NCBI GenBank assembly: GCA_021162615.1 | Contig: JAGGYH010000100.1 | Span: forward strand, 6,065 to 70,064 | Reading direction: 5' to 3' | Source: Candidatus Aminicenantes bacterium | GTDB lineage: Bacteria > Acidobacteriota > Aminicenantia > Aminicenantales > Aminicenantaceae | DNA length: 64,000 nt | In this document: in pieces, positions 1 through 9,439 of the stretch | Layout of the letters: the number at the start of each line of letters is the position of its first letter | Numbering within the stretch: the stretch's first letter is position 1 | The notes under the pieces: model-generated | Told to the model about the DNA's origin: nothing | What the model saw: the letters and a program-made list of their open reading frames with translations, nothing else | The model's database searches: none | Made by a program: the position numbers and the translations under genes

Positions 1-2
1 GC

Positions 3-506
3 CTTCTCTGCCTGCATTCCCAGCAGCATTCTTATTCCAGGCTGGACTGGTTTACAGATATTGCTGAAATGTCTGCTTTTAGAGGACTCGATTGGAATAA
101 GGTGTTATACATATGTCGAAAAGAGGGCATTGAGGCGCCTGTTTCCTATGGACTTCGCCTTGTCAATGAATTCTGGCCAGGGACTGTTTCAGAAGATACC
201 ATCAGAAGGTTTTCTGTTTCCCCTCTGGAGCGCCTCCTTCTTGAATTTTTCTGGCCCAAGGATTCAGTGAGGGCACGAGAGCAGAAATTGATGTTTCCCA
301 TGCATGCGCCCACTTTTTTTTCCGTTCTTTCGCACAAGAAACCTCTGCCGTTTATGAAAGCGGTTTATCAATTTTTCTTTCCTCCGCGTTCCTGGGTTTC
401 CTTTTACTATGGGATTTCTCCAGGATCATATAAAATGGCTGTTCACTATCTGTGGCGGTTCTGGAGGCCGGTGTATTTGGTTATGAGAAGGCTGATCGGA
501 AAATGA
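3..506 (+). CDS. C-terminal part of an ORF entering from the left edge; weak resemblance to uncharacterised nucleotidyltransferase (NTP_transf_5-like) proteins that accompany ABC exporters
   Basis: Frame 3 is open from nt 3 with no stop before the listed Met at 69. The stop TGA 504-506 overlaps the ATG 503-505 of the next gene (ATGA coupling). The functional call rests only on remembered family resemblance. Confidence 0.4.
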   Translation, partial: LLCLHSQQHSYSRLDWFTDIAEMSAFRGLDWNKVLYICRKEGIEAPVSYGLRLVNEFWPGTVSEDTIRRFSVSPLERLLLEFFWPKDSVRAREQKLMFPMHAPTFFSVLSHKKPLPFMKAVYQFFFPPRSWVSFYYGISPGSYKMAVHYLWRFWRPVYLVMRRLIGK

Positions 507-1309
507 ATGCGATAGAAGTAAAGAATGTCACAAAGGTCTATCCTGCAATAAAAGGATACAAGGAGCTGTTGCTTCATCCTTTTCAAAGGAAAGGCACCAC
601 AGCGTTAAGAGGAATTGACCTGGAAGTCAGGCCGGGTCAGTGCTTTTGTCTGATGGGGCCTAACGGAGCTGGCAAGACCACATTGATCAAGATCTTATCG
701 ACACTTGTACTTCCGGATGAAGGGAAAGCTTTCATAAAAGGACATGACCTGGAAAAGGAAACAGACGAGGTCAAGAAGCACATTGGATTTGCACTGGCTG
801 AAGAAAGAAGTTTTTACTGGAGGCTGACAGGGCTGCAGAATCTTGATTTTTTTGCAGCTTTAAATAATATTCCTCTGTCAAAGAGAAGAAAGAAAATCCA
901 GGAAGTCATTGATTTAGTGGGCCTGGAAAAAGCAGCGGGCCGGAGATTCAATACCTATTCGACAGGGATGCGCCAGATGATGGCGATTGCAAGAGCTCTT
1001 CTTACGGATCCGGATATTCTGTTTGTTGATGAGCCCACACGAAGTCTGGACCCTGTTGCAGCCCAGAACATAAGGACCTTTTTAAGGAAGGAAATGGTTG
1101 AAAATCATGGGAAGACAGTGTTCTGGGCTACACATGATTTATCGGAAGCCGCGGAATTTGCTCATACCATAGCCATTATTGCAGAGGGGCAGATAAAGGC
1201 TGAAGGCTCTGTTCGAAGCCTTACGGGCCAAGGATCTTTTCCTTTGAAGGAAGTCTATGAAAAGGCTGTCAAAGAACCGGCCCCTGAGAGCAAAGCTTTT
1301 GGGAATTGA
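503..1309 (+). CDS. ABC transporter ATP-binding protein (ABC-2/DrrA-like exporter ATPase)
   Basis: Walker A GPNGAGKTT, signature YSTGMRQ, Walker B ILFVDEPT, H-loop ATHD. ATG 503 (MNAIEVKNVTKVY) is preferred over the ORF-track start at 452. Confidence 0.9.
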   Translation: MNAIEVKNVTKVYPAIKGYKELLLHPFQRKGTTALRGIDLEVRPGQCFCLMGPNGAGKTTLIKILSTLVLPDEGKAFIKGHDLEKETDEVKKHIGFALAEERSFYWRLTGLQNLDFFAALNNIPLSKRRKKIQEVIDLVGLEKAAGRRFNTYSTGMRQMMAIARALLTDPDILFVDEPTRSLDPVAAQNIRTFLRKEMVENHGKTVFWATHDLSEAAEFAHTIAIIAEGQIKAEGSVRSLTGQGSFPLKEVYEKAVKEPAPESKAFGN

Positions 1310-1313
1310 TGTC

Positions 1314-2129
1314 ATGTCCGTACTGATGCAGAAACTCTTTGCCTTTCTCAAGCGTGATTTTCTGGAAGAAGCCAGCTACAAGTATTCATTTATCGCTTCT
1401 TTTTTTGGTATTTTTCTGTCCTCCGCCACTTTTTTCTTTATTTCCAAATTAATATCTCCAAACAGCAGTTCAGTTCTAGCCCCTTACGGAGGTGATTACT
1501 TTTCTTTTGTGATCATAGGGATTGCTTTTTCAGGTTTGCTGGCTATTTTTCAGGAACGCCTCCCTGCTATCATAAGGCAGGCTCAGGTCACAGGGACCCT
1601 GGAAGCGATTTTGGTCTCACGAACGAGCATTCCCGTGATTCTGTTCGGTTCGTCACTTTATTATTTTCTTTACTCCATTGCATCGACTGTCTTTCACCTC
1701 ATTCTGGCCGTAGTGGTTTTCGGAATGCAGGTTGAAAAAATAAATTGGCTGGGCGCTGTCTTGACTTTTCTTTTGACTGCCTTGTGCTTTTTAAGCATAG
1801 GGATTTTATCAGCCTGTTTTATTCTTGTTTATAAGAAAGGGAATCCGTTTTCATGGATTTACGGCAGTGTTTCCGGATTATTGGGAGGCGTGTTTTTCCC
1901 CATAAAAGTGCTCCCTGTATGGATAAAATGGATATCCTATATACTTCCCATCACTTATTCGCTTGAAGGACTGCGGAAAAGCATCATCGTTACGTCGCCC
2001 TTTTCTGAGATCCTTCCCAATATTATTGCTTTGTCTGTTTTCACCGTTGTTTTTTTCCCCCTGAGTATTTATTTGTTCCGGCTGGCATTGAAGAAAGCCA
2101 AGAAAGATGGTACTCTTACCCATTACTAA
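1314..2129 (+). CDS. ABC-2 type transporter permease
   Basis: Multi-pass hydrophobic protein directly after the ATPase. ATG 1314 (MSVLMQKLF) is preferred over 1257, which overlaps the ATPase. The stop TAA 2127-2129 lies in the terminus of a repeat element. Confidence 0.8.
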   Translation: MSVLMQKLFAFLKRDFLEEASYKYSFIASFFGIFLSSATFFFISKLISPNSSSVLAPYGGDYFSFVIIGIAFSGLLAIFQERLPAIIRQAQVTGTLEAILVSRTSIPVILFGSSLYYFLYSIASTVFHLILAVVVFGMQVEKINWLGAVLTFLLTALCFLSIGILSACFILVYKKGNPFSWIYGSVSGLLGGVFFPIKVLPVWIKWISYILPITYSLEGLRKSIIVTSPFSEILPNIIALSVFTVVFFPLSIYLFRLALKKAKKDGTLTHY

Positions 2130-2392
2130 CCTGAATTATTCATAAAATATGTATGCATCCCTAAATAAATTTATCATGATAAATGCTTTTTACAAGATTA
2201 TCCTATAAAGAACATGATTCTGATTTTAATTCATGTTATGATTTTAATTTTAATGCATACATATTTTACCTTACAGGCGAGCCGATCTCACAGCATCTGC
2301 TTTGTTACAGGGCATTCGCGGTGAAGAACCACAGCTTCATACCCTGTGCCTCGCATTTGCAGCGACCTCGACTCGTGAATAATCCAGGTTAA
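2127..2392 (+). mobile_element. Family-1 miniature inverted-repeat element, full copy A with GC-rich core (core 2274-2372)
   Basis: Left end TAACCTGAATTATTCATAAAA, right end CGACTCGTGAATAATCCAGGTTAA. The core is near-identical to copies at 11513, 38006, 42667 and 50417, but the AT-rich arm differs from copies B/C/D. Confidence 0.8.
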
Positions 2393-2396
2393 TAAG

Positions 2397-3005
2397 ATGA
2401 AAATCAGACTTCAGATTTTAAACGCCATTCGTTTTCGGTTTGAAAAGGGAATGGTGGTTTTTTGTTTGATTTTTGCGGTTTTTTTCTCACAGGCTGATGC
2501 CGCTCAGACAGGTTATTCGCTTGATGAAGCGATGAAGGTGCTGGGGCTGATTGAGAAAGTCAATTCAGAGAGTGAAGAGGATTATTCAGGCCCTTTACGC
2601 CAGGTAGTGGTTGCAGAAAGCGAACTCAATTCCTATTTAGCATTCAGACTCGAGCAGGAAGAAGATGTGTTAAAGGAACTGAGATTGAAATTGTTCGATG
2701 CGAACAGGATAGAGGGGAAAATACTGCTTCGGTTTAAGAAAACAGGCCTTTCTTTAATGCTTGAACCTGAAATGATTTTTTATTTTAGCGGAACAATCAA
2801 GGTCAAAGAAGAGGCAGCTCGTCTGGCGATCGATGAGCTTTTCCTGAATAAGGAACGGGTTGATCCTCTGCTGCTGGATACAGTGATTTATCTGGCGTCA
2901 AAGCTCCAGGGAACAGAATACACAGGATTGAGCAATTGGTATGAACTTCCCTATGGTCTCAAAGATGTGCGAATAGAAAAAGGGAGGGCTGTGTTTTTCT
3001 ATTAA
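2397..3005 (+). CDS. hypothetical exported protein
   Basis: 202-aa ORF with an N-terminal hydrophobic signal-like segment (VVFCLIFAVFFSQADA). No family recognised. Confidence 0.55.
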   Translation: MKIRLQILNAIRFRFEKGMVVFCLIFAVFFSQADAAQTGYSLDEAMKVLGLIEKVNSESEEDYSGPLRQVVVAESELNSYLAFRLEQEEDVLKELRLKLFDANRIEGKILLRFKKTGLSLMLEPEMIFYFSGTIKVKEEAARLAIDELFLNKERVDPLLLDTVIYLASKLQGTEYTGLSNWYELPYGLKDVRIEKGRAVFFY

Positions 3006-3086
3006 AATTGGATTATTCATAAAAAAATGGACATAAAAATCAGATATGGCTTGTACAAACATCGTTTTGTGAACATGCCAGTTTAA
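3002..3086 (+). mobile_element. Family-1 element, empty mini copy (two termini only)
   Basis: TTAAAATTGGATTATTCATAAAAAAATGG ... CGTTTTGTGAACATGCCAGTTTAA aligns with the canonical left and right termini. It starts on the stop codon of the upstream ORF. Confidence 0.6.
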
Positions 3087-3110
3087 ATTTTAAATAAGGT
3101 CTAAGAGGAT

Positions 3111-3683
3111 ATGCTGCGTGTAATAAGTGGAAAATACAAGGGAAAGCGTCTCCGGATGGTGATGAATGAAAGAGTCAGGCCTATGCCTCACAAACTAAAG
3201 GAGACTCTTTTTAACATAGTGCAGTTTGATATCCCCGATATATCCATCCTGGATGGATTTGCAGGGACAGGGTCTCTTGGTATTGAAGCCTTAAGCCGGG
3301 GAGCCGGAGAAGTGGTTTTCATTGATGAATTTTATCCAGCGGTCAAGGCGATCAAAACAAATATAGAAAGATGTGAAGCAGGGAGTTTGACCAGGGTCAT
3401 ACATAAAGAGTTCAACAGAGCCGTCATCATGCTGTCAAAAGAAAATAAGATTTTTGACTTAATATTTCTTGATCCTCCTTATTTGCTTGTAGAAAAAAGG
3501 GATCCGCTGAAAGTGATCTATAAGAGAGAGATACTGAGCAAAGGAGGTATCATTGTTTTAAGGCATCACTTTAAAACAAGATTTGAGTCGAAATATTTTG
3601 AACTTAAGAGAAAAATGAGGGTAGCTGATGATGTGCTGGAGTTTTATGGTTACGAAGAAATAGAAGCCCTCGAAAAAGGATGA
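3111..3683 (+). CDS. rsmD: 16S rRNA (guanine966-N2)-methyltransferase RsmD
   Basis: N-terminal RVISGKYKGKRL, SAM-binding DGFAGTGSLGIEALSRGA, DPPY motif, ~190 aa. Confidence 0.85.
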   Translation: MLRVISGKYKGKRLRMVMNERVRPMPHKLKETLFNIVQFDIPDISILDGFAGTGSLGIEALSRGAGEVVFIDEFYPAVKAIKTNIERCEAGSLTRVIHKEFNRAVIMLSKENKIFDLIFLDPPYLLVEKRDPLKVIYKREILSKGGIIVLRHHFKTRFESKYFELKRKMRVADDVLEFYGYEEIEALEKG

Positions 3684-4531
3684 AAAAGATCATTAGAGAT
3701 AAAAAGAAGAAAAAATCGAGCCTGACACCTCTTATTGAAAGGGGAGATATCTTTCAGGATATATCCGGGGCCAAAGGCACTTCTCTTCTCCTCGGGAAAT
3801 ACACGATGAGAGAAGCCGAAGCCGTATTAAGAAAGAGAAATTTTTATAAAGACGCCAGAAAAAGAGGTCTATGGCCCATAGATTTTGAGCTGGATTCTTC
3901 TCAGTTCCCTCCTCTTCAAAGGCTCGTTATCTATTATAAAGAGAAAAATCCGGATAATGTCATCGTTGACCTTAAAATAAGGGAAGGGACATTCAAGACA
4001 AAAAAAGACTTTCCTTTGGAGATAACGAGATCAAAATTTTTGGTTTTGGAATGGCTGACCATGCAAAATCCCCGGGTGATGTTCGAAAAGCAGAAAACAC
4101 CTCTTCCGGGGCAGGCACATCCTGGGTTGAGTTTAGGGAAAAAGGTCGTTGACCTTTTCTCTTACGTGGCCAGATTGAATAAGAACCGGGGGATCATAGC
4201 GTATCCGGCATATTTTCATAACGCGCTTCTTTTCTCCAGGTATTTTGATTTTGTATCCCCTGCAAAAAAGGCGGAAGTGGAAGAGATAAGAAGGACGTTT
4301 AAAAAGATAACCTTTAAAGAGCTGGCATGGATCGTTTATCTCGAATGCCTGAGGGACGGTGAGGGAAAGGTCTATCAATGGGAGGCCGAAGAGATGCTTC
4401 TGCCCGTTGACAAGAAATTGGAGGGCTATTTTGACTCCAAGCAGTATAAAAATGAAGTCAAAAAGGCCAGGCAGAAGACGGATTTTTCCATAGACTGGGA
4501 CTGTGTGAGAAAAAAGATAAGGACTGCATAG
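3680..4531 (+). CDS. conserved-looking hypothetical basic protein, translationally coupled to rsmD
   Basis: 283-aa ORF whose ATG overlaps the rsmD stop (ATGA at 3680-3683). Lys-rich N-terminus. No domain recognised. Confidence 0.6.
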   Translation: MKKIIRDKKKKKSSLTPLIERGDIFQDISGAKGTSLLLGKYTMREAEAVLRKRNFYKDARKRGLWPIDFELDSSQFPPLQRLVIYYKEKNPDNVIVDLKIREGTFKTKKDFPLEITRSKFLVLEWLTMQNPRVMFEKQKTPLPGQAHPGLSLGKKVVDLFSYVARLNKNRGIIAYPAYFHNALLFSRYFDFVSPAKKAEVEEIRRTFKKITFKELAWIVYLECLRDGEGKVYQWEAEEMLLPVDKKLEGYFDSKQYKNEVKKARQKTDFSIDWDCVRKKIRTA

Positions 4532-4557
4532 AATATCTGGAGTTTTTTAGCCTAGTT

Positions 4558-4566
4558 TGTTATAAT
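4558..4566 (+). promoter_or_regulatory. candidate extended -10 promoter (TGTTATAAT) for rpmE-prfA-prmC
   Basis: TGnTATAAT at 4558-4566, about 30 nt upstream of the rpmE SD (AAGGAGAAAGAGG). The -35 is poor. Confidence 0.4.
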
Positions 4567-4596
4567 AGACCTCTACTAAGGAGAAAGAGGAAGAAA

Positions 4597-4818
4597 ATGA
4601 AGAAGAATATTCATCCTGAATACAAAGAATGTGTGGTGACATGTGCTTGCGGAAACAGCTTTAAGACCCGCTCCACCAAAGATGAGATAAGGGTTGAGAT
4701 TTGTTCGCAGTGCCATCCTTTTTTCACCGGGAAACAAAAGTTTGTCGACAGTGCTGGAAGAGTCGAAAAATTCCAAAGAAAATATGGAAAGATTTCCTGG
4801 GATAAAAATAAGAAATAG
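4597..4818 (+). CDS. rpmE: 50S ribosomal protein L31 (zinc-binding type)
   Basis: MKKNIHPEY start, CxC...[10 protein letters not shown] motif, 73 aa. Confidence 0.95.
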   Translation: MKKNIHPEYKECVVTCACGNSFKTRSTKDEIRVEICSQCHPFFTGKQKFVDSAGRVEKFQRKYGKISWDKNKK

Positions 4819-4821
4819 AAT

Positions 4822-5892
4822 ATGCTCCAAGATTTAGAATCCATAAGGGAGAGGTATAACAAGCTTACTTCTTCTTTGTCAGACCCTGAGTTTATATCTG
4901 ACCCTCAAAAAATAAAGGAAGCCTCTAAAGAAAGGTCTGAGCTTGAACCCATTGTTCGTAAATATGAAACGTATAAGAGAGTCCTGGATGAGATAAAGGA
5001 TTCGCAGGAGATTTTAAACAGTCCGGATACAGAAGAGGACCTTAAGGAACTTGCCAGAGAAGAGCTCAGCAAATTGAAGGAAAAGAAAAAGGGACTGGAA
5101 GAAGAGCTCAGGGTGCTGCTCCTTCCAAAAGATCCGAATGATGAAAAGAATGTGATCTTGGAGATCAGAGCAGGAGCCGGGGGGGATGAAGCCTCGCTTT
5201 TTGCTCAGGATCTGTTCCGTATGTACTCGCGTTTTGCCGAAAAAAAGGGATGGAAGATGGAAGTAATGAGCACAAGTTCATCGACCATAAACGGGTTCAA
5301 GGAGATCGTTGCCAATATCAAGGGAAACAGAGTTTATTCTCAGTTGAAATATGAAAGCGGTGTCCATCGGGTGCAGAGAGTACCTGAGACAGAAGCAAGC
5401 GGAAGAATTCATACTTCCACGGTAACAGTTGCCGTTCTTCCAGAGGCTGATGATGTGGATGTGAAGCTTGATTCAAAGGATATCAGAATCGAAGCTTTTG
5501 GTGCTTCAGGGCCGGGAGGGCAAAATGTCAACAGAAATTATACAGCCATAAGGGTGACTCATATCCCTTCCAGGCAGGTGGTTTCATGCCAGGATGAGAA
5601 GTCGCAGCACAGAAACAAGGAAAAAGCGCTTAAGATCCTGAGGACAAGATTGATGGATATTGCCCAGAGGGAACAGCATGAGAAAATATCAAAGGATAGA
5701 AAATCTCAGGTCGGGACCGGGGAGAGGAGTGAAAAAATAAGGACTTATAATTTTCCCCAATCCCGGGTTACGGACCACAGGCTGAATCAATCACTTTATA
5801 ATATCGAAGGCATCCTTGATGGGGACCTTGATGAGGTCATCAAAAATCTGACCGTGCATTTTCAGACCAAAATGATGGCAGAGTCAAACTGA
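4822..5892 (+). CDS. prfA: peptide chain release factor 1
   Basis: GGQ motif (GPGGQNVN), RF1-type RVPETEASGRIHTST tripeptide region, 356 aa, conserved rpmE-prfA-prmC order. Confidence 0.95.
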   Translation: MLQDLESIRERYNKLTSSLSDPEFISDPQKIKEASKERSELEPIVRKYETYKRVLDEIKDSQEILNSPDTEEDLKELAREELSKLKEKKKGLEEELRVLLLPKDPNDEKNVILEIRAGAGGDEASLFAQDLFRMYSRFAEKKGWKMEVMSTSSSTINGFKEIVANIKGNRVYSQLKYESGVHRVQRVPETEASGRIHTSTVTVAVLPEADDVDVKLDSKDIRIEAFGASGPGGQNVNRNYTAIRVTHIPSRQVVSCQDEKSQHRNKEKALKILRTRLMDIAQREQHEKISKDRKSQVGTGERSEKIRTYNFPQSRVTDHRLNQSLYNIEGILDGDLDEVIKNLTVHFQTKMMAESN

Positions 5893-5950
5893 TTGGAAGT
5901 GACATCTTTAATATCGCTTCATCCGCACCTGAATTTGTAAAAAAGAGAGA

Positions 5951-6811
5951 ATGTCAAATTTACGGGATTTGCATAGGAAGGGGACTTCTCTATTAAAGGA
6001 TTTTGATAAGCCGGCTTTGGAAGCAAAAACAATTCTTTTAAAGGCAGCCGGTTTTTCTGAAGAAAAGTTCTATTCTGCGCCGGAACTAAGGATATCTGAT
6101 AAAAAGAGGGACAAATATTTGGAAATGCTGGGGAAGAGGAAGAGGGGAATGCCTCTGGCGTATGTCATCGGGACCAAGGAGTTCTGGTCAATGGATTTTA
6201 AAATAGGGAGAGGAGTCCTGATTCCCAGACCTGAGACTGAGGGCCTGGTAAAGAAAATTCTTGACCTTTATTCTGGAAATGAGAAGATGATCATAGATAT
6301 AGGGACCGGATGCGGCAACATCGCCTTAGCGGCTGCGAGAGAACTGCCTGGAGTCAAGATAGTGGGATTGGATGTATCAGAAAAGGCGCTTTCCTATGCA
6401 GAAAAAAATGCTCGTTATCATCATCTGGATAATGTTCGGTTCATAAGGGGAGATATGTTCGGGCCTTTCAGCAAAGCTGTTTTAAAAAAAAAATGCGGTT
6501 TTATTGTTTGCAATCCCCCTTATGTCGCAGAAAAGGATTGGCTCGCTCTGGATCCCCAGATCAGGAAGTTCGAACCAAAACAAGCCCTTGTTTCAGGCCG
6601 GGATGGATATGAATTTATCAATCAATTGATAGGCGAAGCCCCGAAATATTTAAAGCCTGGGGGGTATTTGATATTTGAAATAGGAAAAGGCCAGGAAGAT
6701 AAAGTGAGAAGTTTTTTTTCAGAAGAATGGGAACATGTGGAGTGTGAAAGAGACCTGGCCGGAATCCACAGAATATTTTTTGCTCAAAGACGTAATTCTT
6801 TGCCTTTTTGA
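5951..6811 (+). CDS. prmC: release factor glutamine N5-methyltransferase
   Basis: SAM motif DIGTGCGNIA, NPPY motif, directly downstream of prfA. Confidence 0.9.
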   Translation: MSNLRDLHRKGTSLLKDFDKPALEAKTILLKAAGFSEEKFYSAPELRISDKKRDKYLEMLGKRKRGMPLAYVIGTKEFWSMDFKIGRGVLIPRPETEGLVKKILDLYSGNEKMIIDIGTGCGNIALAAARELPGVKIVGLDVSEKALSYAEKNARYHHLDNVRFIRGDMFGPFSKAVLKKKCGFIVCNPPYVAEKDWLALDPQIRKFEPKQALVSGRDGYEFINQLIGEAPKYLKPGGYLIFEIGKGQEDKVRSFFSEEWEHVECERDLAGIHRIFFAQRRNSLPF

Positions 6812-6859
6812 TACAAATGATGTATAAAAAGCTGAGGCGGAAAACAAAGGAGATCGTGG

Positions 6860-7975
6860 ATGTCAAGCCAAACAAAACTGATGATTGTTGATAACAATAA
6901 GAAGCGGAGGAGTTCTCTGAAAGAATTTTTATCAAAGCATTCTTTTCTCATAGAGGAAGCATCAGATTTTTCCCAGGCTTCAAATAAATTATTAAGCGCC
7001 AATAGTTTTTCAATCCTGCTTTTTCGTCTGGGTTCAAGCGAACAGCATAAAATCAGCACGATCCAAAGCATAAGAAAGTTCAACCCAGAACTGGGAATCA
7101 TTATGCTTCCCGGTCAGATTGATACGGAATTTGCTGTGTCGTTATACAAAAAAGGAGTCATAGACCATATTATCAAACCTGATAATAAAGCGGGACTTTA
7201 CTCTGCTGTGAGAAATGAAGTGCTGAAAAAAGACCTCTTAAGCGATACACGGATGTATCGGGAGAGGATAGAAAGGATCAAGGACCAGCAGGAGAAAGAT
7301 CTAAAAAAAGCGCTTGCGCTTGAAGAAATATATGATTCTACACTGGAAAACCTTATGACAGCTCTGGATTTAAGGGATGTTGAGACTTTCGGTCATTCAC
7401 GGACAGTGGCGAAATACAGCCAGGTATTAGCAAAGATACTGGGTATAAACGACCCGGAGACTCTGGACAATATAAAAAAAGGTGCGCTCCTCCATGATGT
7501 GGGGAAGATAGCTATTCCGGATTCCATTCTCAAAAAGCCAAGCGCTCTTTCAGCATCGGAGTGGGAGAAGATAAGGCTTCATCCTTCCCTTGGATACGGC
7601 CTCATTAAAGAAATAAAGCTTGTTCAGGAAGTTGGAAATATCATTCTGTACCATCATGAAAGATTTGAAGGAGGCGGGTATCCCAATAGTCTCAAAAAGC
7701 AAGAAATCCCTAAAGAAGCAAGGATATTTGCGGTTGCCGATGCTCTGGATGCCATTACATCTTACCGGCCGTACAGAAACGAGAGGGATTTCAAATTTGC
7801 CAGAGAAGAGATCGAAAGAAACTCAGGGACTCAGTTTGACCCGGAAGTTGTTAAAGCCTTTTGTTCGCTTGATCTAAAAAAATGGGAAAAAATAAGGTTT
7901 GAAAGCACCCGTTTGATGCCTTTTTTCGAGCATATGGCAAGCATCTCCTCAAAAAAAAGCACTGCCCTCCAGTAG
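6860..7975 (+). CDS. response-regulator receiver fused to an HD-GYP c-di-GMP phosphodiesterase domain
   Basis: N-terminal REC-like ~120 aa. C-terminal HSRTVAKYS...LHDVGKIAIP...HHERFEGGGYPN (HD and HHExxxGxGYP). Confidence 0.85.
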   Translation: MSSQTKLMIVDNNKKRRSSLKEFLSKHSFLIEEASDFSQASNKLLSANSFSILLFRLGSSEQHKISTIQSIRKFNPELGIIMLPGQIDTEFAVSLYKKGVIDHIIKPDNKAGLYSAVRNEVLKKDLLSDTRMYRERIERIKDQQEKDLKKALALEEIYDSTLENLMTALDLRDVETFGHSRTVAKYSQVLAKILGINDPETLDNIKKGALLHDVGKIAIPDSILKKPSALSASEWEKIRLHPSLGYGLIKEIKLVQEVGNIILYHHERFEGGGYPNSLKKQEIPKEARIFAVADALDAITSYRPYRNERDFKFAREEIERNSGTQFDPEVVKAFCSLDLKKWEKIRFESTRLMPFFEHMASISSKKSTALQ

Positions 7976-7992
7976 GGCTGCACCCCTGTATG

Positions 7993-8012
7993 TCTCACCC
8001 TTAAGGGTGAGA
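7993..8012 (+). terminator. stem-loop after the HD-GYP gene (TCTCACCC-TTAA-GGGTGAGA)
   Basis: Perfect 8-bp stem with a 4-nt loop, 18 nt after the stop. There is no following U-run, so terminator function is uncertain. Confidence 0.35.
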
Positions 8013-8122
8013 TGTCAAGCAGAAAATTCCCCCCTGATTTACTCCCAAAAGGGTATTGTCATGGATACAGGATTTTCGCTATATTTAGCGCAGATAAAAG
8101 GAGCGATGATTGAGTGAGAATA

Positions 8123-8151
8123 TTGACACTGATAAGAGGCAGATGTATTAT
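8123..8151 (+). promoter_or_regulatory. candidate sigma70-type promoter (TTGACA-17-TATTAT)
   Basis: TTGACA 8123-8128, 17-nt spacer, TATTAT 8146-8151, about 30 nt upstream of the ATG at 8180. Confidence 0.5.
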
Positions 8152-8179
8152 CTAAAAAAAGGGGACAGGAGATAAAAAA

Positions 8180-9439
8180 ATGGACAAAAAAGATGCTTTT
8201 TTAAAAAGTTCAGCTTCTATAATAGAAGAGGTGGAAGAACAGCTTAATAAGATTCTCGATGAAAGAAGAAAAAAAATCCAGGAAGACCTGGAAGAAGCAA
8301 TAAACAGGCAGAAGGAAGAGGCTGAGAGCAAGATCAGCGAGATAGAGAATGAGGTCAACGAAGAGAGGGAGAGTTTAAGTGAATATAAAACGCTCCTGTC
8401 CGAGTTTGAGGATGAAAAAATATCCATAAAGGATGAGATAAAATCTCATCTTAAAATCGTTATGAAGCTTCAGTCTGAAATTGAATCCCTGACTGGAAAG
8501 TCTTTGGAAGAGCTGAAAATCATCGAAGAATTAAACACGAAGCTTGAAAATATAAATGAAGAGACAACTGAAAAGTTAACCACTCTGAGAAAGGAACTGG
8601 AAGAAAAATATGGAATAGAAACAGAAATCCCTGAAAGCATCGGGCCTGTAAATGAGGATTTTGACCTTGGTGATGAACTCCGGAGACTCAATAAAATCAA
8701 AGAACTTCTTGGGGAAAATGGAAGCCAAGGAGCTGTGCTGGATACTTTTGAGGAACAGATCGAAGAGGAGGAACAGGAGGAAGACGAAGCTGAAGAGTCA
8801 GAGACTGAAGAAAAAGCGGACGAGGAGCTGGAGCCAATGGAATCATCTGATGAGGATGAGAAGGATGAACTGGATGATGAAAAGGAGGAGGAAGAACTGG
8901 AGTTGGGAGAGGAACAGGAGGAAGAGGAAGAAGAAAAGGAAGATGAAGATAGAGGGCCTTATGAGAAATTAGAAAAATTCAAAAAAACCGAAGGCAGTGA
9001 ATCCGAAGCAAAGGTCGTTTATTTTGAAAATGAGGGTAAGATCGCTCTGGACGGTAGATATGTTATAGATGCAGTAACAGAGGGGATCAGCAAAGCGGAC
9101 AAGCTTTATGACAAGCTTGATGAGACCACTTCACCTAAAGAGCATTTTTTTATTAAACAGGAAATCATACAGGAGCAGGAAAATGTACGCAAACTTATTC
9201 TTGGCTGCCTGAGAGTCTGTGAGATGAAGGACTGCTTTTTCCCTCAGAGTACAAAAGATGTTTTAAATGAGGGAAAGCTTAAAGAAATGCTCGAGAGAGT
9301 GAGCATGGAAAACTGGAGCAACCAGGATGACTTTAACGGTTTTTCTGAGTATATTGATGATTTGAAGACAGAATTCGATGCAAAGAGCTCACCCCTGGAA
9401 GAGTATACAGAATCAATAATCAAAGAATTGTCAGGATAG
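8180..9439 (+). CDS. hypothetical acidic coiled-coil protein with an E/D-rich low-complexity centre
   Basis: 419-aa ORF with heptad-like E/K/L-rich N-terminal half, an uninterrupted E/D run around 8750-8950, and a globular-looking C-terminus. Consensus promoter upstream. Confidence 0.6.
   Translation: MDKKDAFLKSSASIIEEVEEQLNKILDERRKKIQEDLEEAINRQKEEAESKISEIENEVNEERESLSEYKTLLSEFEDEKISIKDEIKSHLKIVMKLQSEIESLTGKSLEELKIIEELNTKLENINEETTEKLTTLRKELEEKYGIETEIPESIGPVNEDFDLGDELRRLNKIKELLGENGSQGAVLDTFEEQIEEEEQEEDEAEESETEEKADEELEPMESSDEDEKDELDDEKEEEELELGEEQEEEEEEKEDEDRGPYEKLEKFKKTEGSESEAKVVYFENEGKIALDGRYVIDAVTEGISKADKLYDKLDETTSPKEHFFIKQEIIQEQENVRKLILGCLRVCEMKDCFFPQSTKDVLNEGKLKEMLERVSMENWSNQDDFNGFSEYIDDLKTEFDAKSSPLEEYTESIIKELSG

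Noticed and set aside
8652-8972. 106-aa highly basic ORF (R/K/N-rich) in another frame of the acidic-protein gene.
   Set aside because: It is a frame-shifted reading of the GAA/GAG/GAT-rich low-complexity tract. The acidic frame is far longer and has a promoter and SD.
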